Origin: a virus
Length of the DNA: 36,031 bases
Virus record (IMG/VR): IMGVR_UViG_3300029893_000039
Span: 1 to 36,031 of that record
Direction: 5' to 3' (one strand)
Shown here one piece after another: positions 1 to 5,059 of this stretch. The notes below the pieces were generated by a model. The model was not told the DNA's origin, ran no database searches, and worked only from the letters and a program-made list of their open reading frames with translations. A program made the position numbers and the translations under genes. Each line of letters begins with the position of its first letter. The stretch's first letter is position 1.

Positions 1-44
1 CGAATCTGCACCACTCGCCGAAGCTGCACGACTCGCCGAAGCTG
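1..44. repeat. Contig-end overlap: nt 1-44 identical to nt 35988-36031 (circular-assembly signature)
   Basis: cgaatctgcaccactcgccgaagctgcacgactcgccgaagctg is read at both ends. Joining the ends with this overlap keeps the minus-strand repeat ORF in frame (340 + 410 nt = 750 nt). Confidence 0.85.
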
Positions 45-238
45 CACCCAGCGCCGAAGCGGCACGACTCGCCGAAGCGGCACGACTCGCCGAAGCGGCA
101 CGACTCGCCGAATCTGCACCACTCGCCGAAGCTGCACGACTCGCCGAAGCGGCACGACTCGCCGAAGCGGCACGACTCGCCGAAGCTGCACCCAGCGCCG
201 AAGCTGCACGACTCGCCGAAGCGGCACGACTCGCCGAA
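1..238 (-). repeat. 18-bp tandem repeat array, left part (about 13 units), coding on the minus strand
   Basis: Units such as gcacgactcgccgaagct/gcacgactcgccgaagcg/gcacccagcgccgaagct/gcaccactcgccgaatct follow head to tail. On the minus strand each unit reads F-G-(E/A)-(S/G/W)-C-(S/R). Confidence 0.95.
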
Positions 239-340
239 TTTCTTGATCTGCGTGTAATCCCCAGTGGGGCAATCGCGCATACCATCAACAACCGGGAGGG
301 CATCAAACTCTGCTTGTGTGTATTTCTTCATTTCCGTCAT
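1..340 (-). CDS. Cys-containing hexapeptide-repeat protein, N-terminal part (ORF leaves the left edge and continues in frame at 36031..35578; about 249 aa in total)
   Basis: ATG at 340..338 with AGGAG 7 nt upstream (aggagaactgagATG). It reads MTEMKKYTQAEFDALPVVDGMRDCPTGDYTQIKK followed by FGESCR/FGESCS/FGAGCS/FGEWCR units. There is no stop before position 1. Confidence 0.7.
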   Translation of the reverse strand, partial: MTEMKKYTQAEFDALPVVDGMRDCPTGDYTQIKKFGESCRFGESCSFGAGCSFGESCRFGESCRFGESCSFGEWCRFGESCRFGESCRFGESCRFGAGCSFGESCSFGEWCRF

Positions 341-341
341 C

Positions 342-749
342 TCAGTTCTCCTGCATGGCGGCGAGCGTGTCGTACAGATCGTCTGCATCGGTGAACACCG
401 AATATGCCTTCTCTGGAGTATCCATGTATGTGAACCTGTCGTCGTGCAGATGGTTGTAGTCACACCCGGTTTGGACGCATGTCACTTTCCCGCTTGACTC
501 GTGGTATTTCAAGTACGTAGGTCCGCCATGCATGGGTAAAACAGAGGCGGCTTCTTGCCACATATCAGGTCCACTGAAGCGGCTGAAATGCGGATGCTCT
601 GGAAAGATGTAGGCATACACACACCATCCGTGCTGCCCGTCATAAGAGCCTGACCTATTGATGCGATGACGGGATATCTCCACAGTGAAATTTTTCCCGC
701 GTCGCACCCAAAGTTCTTTGTGCTCCCATTTGGAAAAGTCAGTTGGCAT
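342..749 (-). CDS. Hypothetical early protein (135 aa), His/Cys/Trp-rich
   Basis: Track ORF 342..899 trimmed to ATG 749, which is preceded by GGAGAG. It reads MPTDFSKWEHKELW... and contains HGWCVYAYIFPEHPHF and CVQTGCDYNHLHDD. No family recognised. Confidence 0.6.
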   Translation of the reverse strand: MPTDFSKWEHKELWVRRGKNFTVEISRHRINRSGSYDGQHGWCVYAYIFPEHPHFSRFSGPDMWQEAASVLPMHGGPTYLKYHESSGKVTCVQTGCDYNHLHDDRFTYMDTPEKAYSVFTDADDLYDTLAAMQEN

Positions 750-1074
750 TTTCACTCTCCTTGTTCGCCAGGGCGGCGCGGGCGACATACGATATGTCCA
801 TATACTTGCCGTTGCGAATGGCTTGTGGTGACTCCGGGCTGTCATCGTCGCAGTCGTCGGCATAATGGACAAACTCAACCAGTGCTTTGCGCAGCGCATC
901 CCGCTCGGCCTTGATGGCGTCGATCTGGGCTTGGGCGTCCGTCTGCGGCATCGCGTTGATCGCGGCGGCTAGGACGGCGCGTTTTGCCCCCCACGGGTCG
1001 CCAAATAAGGACGCTTGATCTGCTACCGCCTGCGCGGCGTCCAGCATTTCATCGGTCACATCTTCCGGCTTCAT
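739..1074 (-). CDS. Hypothetical early protein (111 aa), acidic, Ala-rich
   Basis: Track ORF 739..1137 trimmed to ATG 1074 (MKPEDVTDEML...). RBS is GAGGTGA. The ATG overlaps the upstream stop as ATGA. Confidence 0.6.
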   Translation of the reverse strand: MKPEDVTDEMLDAAQAVADQASLFGDPWGAKRAVLAAAINAMPQTDAQAQIDAIKAERDALRKALVEFVHYADDCDDDSPESPQAIRNGKYMDISYVARAALANKESENAN

Positions 1075-1385
1075 ACCGTCACCTCGCAATCGCCTTGCCC
1101 GCTGTAACAAGCTGCGCAAGCACGTTCTGTATTGCAAATGCCTTTTGTTTCTGGGGATGCCTCCGGTAATTCAGTCGTCGGTGGCTCCTGCCGCGCCAGT
1201 TCCTCGCGCAGGGCGTCGAGGGCGTCGGCGAGGTTGCGATACTCCAGAATATCTGCACGGACTTCCGGCTCTACGATGGAGTCGAATGCGTAGTTGCTGG
1301 ATGGCGCTGAATACGATAGCAGCAATTCATGCGCGCTCTCACGCAGAAATTCCGCTGCCCGCTTGAGGGTGTCATCGTGGGTCAT
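1071..1385 (-). CDS. Hypothetical early protein (104 aa), acidic with a C-terminal Cys cluster
   Basis: Track ORF with an ATGA overlap to the upstream gene. The C-terminus reads CNTERACAACYSGQGDC. Confidence 0.6.
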   Translation of the reverse strand: MTHDDTLKRAAEFLRESAHELLLSYSAPSSNYAFDSIVEPEVRADILEYRNLADALDALREELARQEPPTTELPEASPETKGICNTERACAACYSGQGDCEVTV

Positions 1386-1609
1386 GGCAGTTTCCTTTCG
1401 GTTTCGTAATCCGGTGAGTCCACAAAATAGAGGTTTCGCGGTGCAGGGATGTTGGCGTCGTCGAGTTTGGAATCGAGACCGAAGGGAGTTGCCGCACGGA
1501 ACACCTTCCCGTCAATCTCAGTTACAAACTCTCCCTGCTCATCCCACACGAACACGGGAAACTTTTCCCAATGCTTCGTATGCAGCGTGATTGCGTCGCT
1601 CTTGAGCAT
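1382..1609 (-). CDS. Hypothetical early protein (75 aa)
   Basis: Track ORF. GAGGGA lies 5 nt upstream of the ATG. Confidence 0.6.
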   Translation of the reverse strand: MLKSDAITLHTKHWEKFPVFVWDEQGEFVTEIDGKVFRAATPFGLDSKLDDANIPAPRNLYFVDSPDYETERKLP

Positions 1610-1610
1610 G

Positions 1611-1775
1611 TCAGTCCCTCACGTAATCGGTAGTTGTGTACGCGATGGTGTCCTCACTGAGCACGGCACTTGTCGGCTCGATCACCACGGTAACGTGTGG
1701 GTGACAGTTCGCGTTCAGCCACTCAATTACGGGGCGCGTTACCTCTTCAAACTCTTTGCGTTGCTGGTCGTTCAT
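1611..1775 (-). CDS. Hypothetical small protein (54 aa; below the ORF-track cutoff)
   Basis: Hand translation gives MNDQQRKEFEEVTRPVIEWLNANCHPHVTVVIEPTSAVLSEDTIAYTTTDYVRD*. The ATG overlaps the upstream stop as ATGA. The ORF fills an otherwise empty gap in the operon. Confidence 0.5.
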   Translation of the reverse strand: MNDQQRKEFEEVTRPVIEWLNANCHPHVTVVIEPTSAVLSEDTIAYTTTDYVRD

Positions 1776-2095
1776 GGCAGTTCCCTTTCGATCACGTCAA
1801 TGCGGAAGCCGGTGTGCTTGCTATAATGCTCCTCGAATACGCGCTGAGGGTCATCGTACCCCCCTTCTGCCGTTGAAACGGCGCGCACTTTCCCATCCTT
1901 CTCAAACCACGTCGCCACGTAGACTTTCTGCGGCTCAGGTTTGATACGAAGGCGTTCTATAGACCACCCCCGAGGGTCGTGTACGCCGTTCGTGGCATCA
2001 TTCCACTCGCCTGCCGAGGGTCGAATCTGCCACTTCTTCCCCTCCGCAATTGCGGAGTAAATCTCTGCCCACTTGCGGGCTTCTTCGGGCTTCAT
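1772..2095 (-). CDS. Hypothetical early protein (107 aa)
   Basis: Track ORF 1772..2134 trimmed to ATG 2095 (MKPEEARKWAEIY...). RBS is AAGGAAG, with an ATGA overlap to the upstream stop. Confidence 0.6.
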   Translation of the reverse strand: MKPEEARKWAEIYSAIAEGKKWQIRPSAGEWNDATNGVHDPRGWSIERLRIKPEPQKVYVATWFEKDGKVRAVSTAEGGYDDPQRVFEEHYSKHTGFRIDVIERELP

Positions 2096-2319
2096 GACAC
2101 TTCCTTTTCGACGTGTTGATACACCAGTGACCAAAGTGCGGCATACAAATCTTCGTCATTAATGTGTTGCAGAATAAATTCGCCTATGTCCAGCGCAGAT
2201 GCGTGATGTAACCAGTCCGCAGTGCGGCGCTCGATCTCCTCGTCGCGGGCGTTCTCCGCTTCGATGCGAGCCAGATCGCGGTCGAGGTCTAGGTCAACGG
2301 GGTCAGGGGTATTAGTCAT
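2092..2319 (-). CDS. Small, strongly acidic early protein (75 aa)
   Basis: Track ORF 2092..2370 trimmed to ATG 2319, preceded by GGAGAGG. It reads MTNTPDPVDLDLDRDLARIEAENARDEEIERR... Confidence 0.55.
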   Translation of the reverse strand: MTNTPDPVDLDLDRDLARIEAENARDEEIERRTADWLHHASALDIGEFILQHINDEDLYAALWSLVYQHVEKEVS

Positions 2320-2329
2320 TTTGCCTCTC

Positions 2330-2893
2330 CTACACTCGCATAGGCATAATGACGCCGACAAACGTGTCACAAACCAGCGACACCAGGGCTGCTCCGTCCG
2401 TGCCGTTCTGGTGCAACTTGAACTGCCCTGGGTGCTTAGCCCCTAACTCCTTGTTGGACGCGGTGAATAGTGCCAGCAGCTCGGCGTCATAGTTACCGGC
2501 CTCACCGCTTGCCCGCGCGGGAATAACCCGGTCGCAGTCGGGATAAACCCCGTCAACACCTGTGAAATTAAGGTCAACCACGCCAGAAGGCAACTCCTGC
2601 ACAATGCGCGCCTTGCGTCCTTCGTCTATGTGCAGCAGCGCCGCCGTCGCCAGAACCTTCGCCGTCGGGCGAAGCGCCTTGATCACCTCGCGCGGGATGA
2701 TGAGCACAGCAGATCCCGGATTCGCAGCCCTCTCGGTTACTCTCCCCAACACAGCGCCGTTGGTCGCGGTATAGACCGTCTGATCTGGCGTGAATGCGAC
2801 GTGCACGCCGTTCAGATAGCGGCGAAGGTCCTTGATCCCGGACAGGTGCAGCAGCGCGCGAAGGACGCGGGTATCAACAGTAAATTCTTGCAT
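2330..2893 (-). CDS. Truncated DNA polymerase III beta sliding-clamp (DnaN)-like protein, 187 aa
   Basis: Compared by eye with E. coli DnaN domains II-III, recalled from memory. DLRRYLNGVHVAF matches DVRYYLNGMLFE. YTATNGAVLG matches TVATDGHRLA. AVLIIPREVIKAL matches SVIVPRKGVIEL. VDGVYPDCDRVIP matches VDGRFPDYRRVLP. The C-terminal VGVIMPMRV matches AYVVMPMRL. RBS is AGGAGAAAG. Confidence 0.6.
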   Translation of the reverse strand: MQEFTVDTRVLRALLHLSGIKDLRRYLNGVHVAFTPDQTVYTATNGAVLGRVTERAANPGSAVLIIPREVIKALRPTAKVLATAALLHIDEGRKARIVQELPSGVVDLNFTGVDGVYPDCDRVIPARASGEAGNYDAELLALFTASNKELGAKHPGQFKLHQNGTDGAALVSLVCDTFVGVIMPMRV

Positions 2894-2925
2894 GGTCTTT
2901 CTCCTGTGTGCGGTGCGACGAATAA

Positions 2926-2954
2926 ACTTTAGCTGTAGTGGTCTGGTGGGTCAA
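2926..2954 (-). promoter_or_regulatory. Sigma70-like promoter (TTGACC-N17-TAAAGT) upstream of the clamp-like gene
   Basis: The minus strand reads cTTGACCcaccagaccactacagcTAAAGTtt in the 57-nt gap between genes. The -35 element overlaps the stop of the upstream gene. Confidence 0.4.
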
Positions 2955-3577
2955 GTGTTATTTACTGATTGTTTCATCTTTGCCCTATAGCGGGCTTGAG
3001 CTGCCTTACGCGCCGCTTTGCCCTTCTCTGACTGAGCGTAACGCCGGGCTACAGCCTTAGCTTTCGGCGTGTTGTTGTAGCGAGCCTGTGCGTGGCGCTT
3101 TAGTGTCATATAGTGCTCTAGTGCGCCGAAGCCCTGGAGTTGTAGCCCGATCTTCAACCATTGATACTCGTTACTCGCTGCTGGCTTGTACGGCTCAGCA
3201 GGATCACGCTCCAGCACATCGCCCCAGTCGATCGCGCGCTCAGGGGCGACCGACCGCGCGTCTGTGGCGTCCGGTAGGCAGATCTCCACTGGTAATACCG
3301 AAGATGATGAGGAGAGCGCGCCGGTACCGTCCCGCATCTCTCGGATTGCGAACGCCAGCGATCGGCAAACAATCTTTGCTTGGCGGATCAAGATGCGCCG
3401 TTGTGGCGTGTTCGGCGCGATCCTGGCAAACTGCCGCAATCGATGGAGTAACTGCACTGCCTCCGGGATATCGGCGCGGTGCCAGTGCGGTCCATGCGAG
3501 CGCATCCAGCGCTCGACCGAGCGGGTATACATGCGTAATCTGTCCGCATGGACTCTAAGCCCTTGATCTTCTTGCAT
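2951..3577 (-). CDS. Hypothetical protein (208 aa) with a basic Lys/Arg/Ala-rich C-terminal tail
   Basis: Track ORF with GAGGGA upstream of the ATG. The C-terminus reads RYNNTPKAKAVARRYAQSEKGKAARKAAQARYRAKMK. No catalytic motif recognised. Confidence 0.6.
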   Translation of the reverse strand: MQEDQGLRVHADRLRMYTRSVERWMRSHGPHWHRADIPEAVQLLHRLRQFARIAPNTPQRRILIRQAKIVCRSLAFAIREMRDGTGALSSSSSVLPVEICLPDATDARSVAPERAIDWGDVLERDPAEPYKPAASNEYQWLKIGLQLQGFGALEHYMTLKRHAQARYNNTPKAKAVARRYAQSEKGKAARKAAQARYRAKMKQSVNNT

Positions 3578-3599
3578 AATTCCCTCGATAGGTTAGGTA

Positions 3600-3779
3600 C
3601 TAGTTGGAGATCGGCAATAGCGTAACGAAAAACCATATGTACCACAAGCTGCGCGCAGTAGGCCTTGGCCGGTAAACACCAGTGTTATCGTCCAAGCCGT
3701 TGATTTTGCAGAACAAATCGGCGCCTGAGGCGGTATTACCTGCGCCCTGGCAGGGGTAGCCGCTGTAATCAACTATCAC
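3600..3779 (-). CDS. Possible small Cys/Gly-containing protein (59 aa, GTG start), speculative
   Basis: Hand translation gives (V/M)IVDYSGYPCQGAGNTASGADLFCKINGLDDNTGVYRPRPTARSLWYIWFFVTLLPISN*. Third codon positions are mostly G/C. It ends 22 nt before the next start. It has no SD and lies just below the ORF-track cutoff. Confidence 0.25.
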   Translation of the reverse strand: MIVDYSGYPCQGAGNTASGADLFCKINGLDDNTGVYRPRPTARSLWYIWFFVTLLPISN

Positions 3780-3780
3780 G

Positions 3781-3875
3781 AAGATATGGCTTGTTTGTAT
3801 ATATATGGTTACTCTATATTATATAGATTGATAAAAGATAATACTGATATAGGAACCCAATTTTTTTAGCTAAAT
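3781..3875. promoter_or_regulatory. AT-rich island with a 15-bp palindrome (tctatat-t-atataga, 3813..3827); candidate promoter, operator or origin region
   Basis: tgtatatatatggttactctatattatatagattgataaaagataatactgatatagg...ttttttt sits inside an otherwise GC-rich genome. It lies within a gap of about 200 to 400 nt, depending on whether the speculative ORF 3600..3779 is real, in the minus-strand operon. Confidence 0.4.
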
Positions 3876-3977
3876 CAAGGGCTTAGCAGCGTTTTGGCCG
3901 CTACGGGCGTGTTCGCCAGCCGGGCTAGGCTAGGCTAGCGGGCAAAACTCGATTTTTCGCAACGGGCCGGTATAGGC

Positions 3978-4157
3978 TCAGGTCAGCGCCACCACAATAG
4001 CCCAGGCGAAGCCCGCGCCAGCTGCACAGCACACCAGCAGGGCGACAGCCGCGCGCCACCATGACGACGGCGCAGATTTCGCGGGCGCATAGATTTGGCG
4101 GTGCGGGTTGCAGCAAGCCCGGCTCATCGCGCGGTTAGCGTCGTATTCGTTCTTCAT
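3978..4157 (-). CDS. Small membrane-anchored protein (59 aa; below the ORF-track cutoff)
   Basis: Hand translation gives MKNEYDANRAMSRACCNPHRQIYAPAKSAPSSWWRAAVALLVCCAAGAGFAWAIVVALT*. The ATG overlaps the upstream stop as ATGA. There is a C-terminal hydrophobic helix. Preferred over the out-of-frame track ORF 3925..4116. Confidence 0.45.
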   Translation of the reverse strand: MKNEYDANRAMSRACCNPHRQIYAPAKSAPSSWWRAAVALLVCCAAGAGFAWAIVVALT

Positions 4158-4354
4158 GTTTGCTGCTCCTTGTCGTTACGCGCTGTGCACTGCTGGACTG
4201 CAAGTGCCCGCGCCTTTGAATCATCGTCAGAAAACTGTACCGAGCCCACCCGAACCGATGCCGTAACCCCGGTTTTGTAAATCTCGTAATGCCCGCTCTT
4301 GACGCGTCGCACCCAGAACTTGCCCGCTTCAAGAACGATGTCCTGTTCTTTCAT
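4154..4354 (-). CDS. Hypothetical early protein (66 aa)
   Basis: Track ORF with GAGGGA upstream of the ATG. Confidence 0.6.
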   Translation of the reverse strand: MKEQDIVLEAGKFWVRRVKSGHYEIYKTGVTASVRVGSVQFSDDDSKARALAVQQCTARNDKEQQT

Positions 4355-4368
4355 TTTTTAGTCCCTCG

Positions 4369-4599
4369 TCACATACCGGCCATTGCCGCCCGGATACTGC
4401 TCACGTTGTAGCGTGCACCGTCTGGCGTCCTCGTTATGCCGCAGCTCGCCAGAGACTCGAGCAGGCGTTTGGCCGCGGCATCCTTGCTGCTTGTGGCTTT
4501 GAGGGCTTGCTGCGCCATCCAATACAAGCCTTCGTCGTTGTTAATCCACAGGCTGATGTTCCAAGCATTCCAGCTGCGGTGTCCGTTGAATGTCGCCAT
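4369..4599 (-). CDS. First early gene, hypothetical (76 aa)
   Basis: Track ORF with AGGAGC 6 nt upstream of the ATG. It contains WNAWNISLWINNDEGLYW. Confidence 0.65.
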   Translation of the reverse strand: MATFNGHRSWNAWNISLWINNDEGLYWMAQQALKATSSKDAAAKRLLESLASCGITRTPDGARYNVSSIRAAMAGM

Positions 4600-4616
4600 G
4601 ATGTTGCTCCTAGTTG

Positions 4617-4646
4617 CATCGCTATCGTCAATGTACGTTAGCGATG
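4617..4646. promoter_or_regulatory. Inverted repeat catcgcta-N14-tagcgatg at or just after the predicted early transcription start (operator or 5' stem-loop candidate)
   Basis: Perfect 8-bp arms at 4617..4624 and 4639..4646, between the early promoter -10 and the first early gene. Confidence 0.35.
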
Positions 4647-4651
4647 GCTTA

Positions 4652-4679
4652 ACTATATATTAGCGGTTGATCGAATCAA
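4652..4679 (-). promoter_or_regulatory. Sigma70-like early promoter (TTGATT-N16-TATAGT)
   Basis: The minus strand reads cTTGATTcgatcaaccgctaataTATAGTt, about 50 nt upstream of the first early gene. Confidence 0.5.
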
Positions 4680-4954
4680 GCAGCTTTACAAATGTTTACA
4701 TGCTCGATTGCTTCAATGCCCAAGCTGGTGCAATGGTGTCGATGCTTCAATGTCTGATCTGTGCCAGCAATGCGAATGCGTCGCAATCTCAAACTCTGGA
4801 ATCGCCCGACCGTCGGGGGACGAAAATTTTTCACGCCGGGGTACCGCACATTCCGCGCGCAATTTCCAAAAAACTGCATCCCGACGAGCAATAGCCCACA
4901 CGGCGCGTAGCGGGCTTTCATGGGCTAGGTAAGGGGGTAGGTGCTGTTGGTGCC

Positions 4955-4983
4955 TTGCAAATCAAACCACTGCACACTAAACT
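4955..4983 (+). promoter_or_regulatory. Sigma70-like promoter candidate (TTGCAA-N17-TAAACT) facing the late arm
   Basis: Reads cTTGCAAatcaaaccactgcacacTAAACTg. It lies about 30 nt upstream of the hairpin at 5017. Confidence 0.35.
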
Positions 4984-5016
4984 GCCATCGACACTTTCTC
5001 TGTGTTGACTCCTTTT

Positions 5017-5045
5017 CCGCAACGCGCCCCACGTTGCGGTTTTTT
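5017..5045 (+). terminator. Intrinsic-terminator-like hairpin plus T6, 15 nt upstream of the terL start
   Basis: ccgcaacg (5017-5024) and cgttgcgg (5032-5039) form an 8-bp GC-rich stem with a 7-nt loop, followed by tttttt (5040-5045). Confidence 0.6.
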
Positions 5046-5059
5046 CTTGAGGACTAAGA

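Noticed and set aside
1-238. The tandem 18-bp repeats as a CRISPR array or as non-coding satellite.
   Set aside because: The units are contiguous, with no spacers. They are exactly 6 codons long and maintain one open frame with an invariant F, G and C. They are flanked in frame by a good start with RBS and by a non-repetitive C-terminal domain.
3901-3960. An intrinsic terminator downstream of the 59-aa gene (the gctag x3 and gcaaaactcgatttttcgc region).
   Set aside because: Only 5-bp imperfect stems can be drawn, and there is no U-tract on the transcribed (minus) strand. I could not support a terminator call.
3925-4116. Track ORFs 3925..4116(-) and 3388..3645(-) as genes.
   Set aside because: They have implausible composition and no RBS. 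The first is replaced by the ATGA-coupled 59-aa ORF 3978..4157 in another frame. The second overlaps the start of the 208-aa gene.
4667-4932. Small ORFs in the divergent control region (4667..4894+, 4708..4932+, 4676..4921-, 4713..4901-) as candidates for the small terminase or a regulator.
   Set aside because: They mutually overlap in several frames. They have no SD sequences and implausible Cys/His/Arg-rich composition. The region is better explained as promoters, leader and possibly pac/ori.
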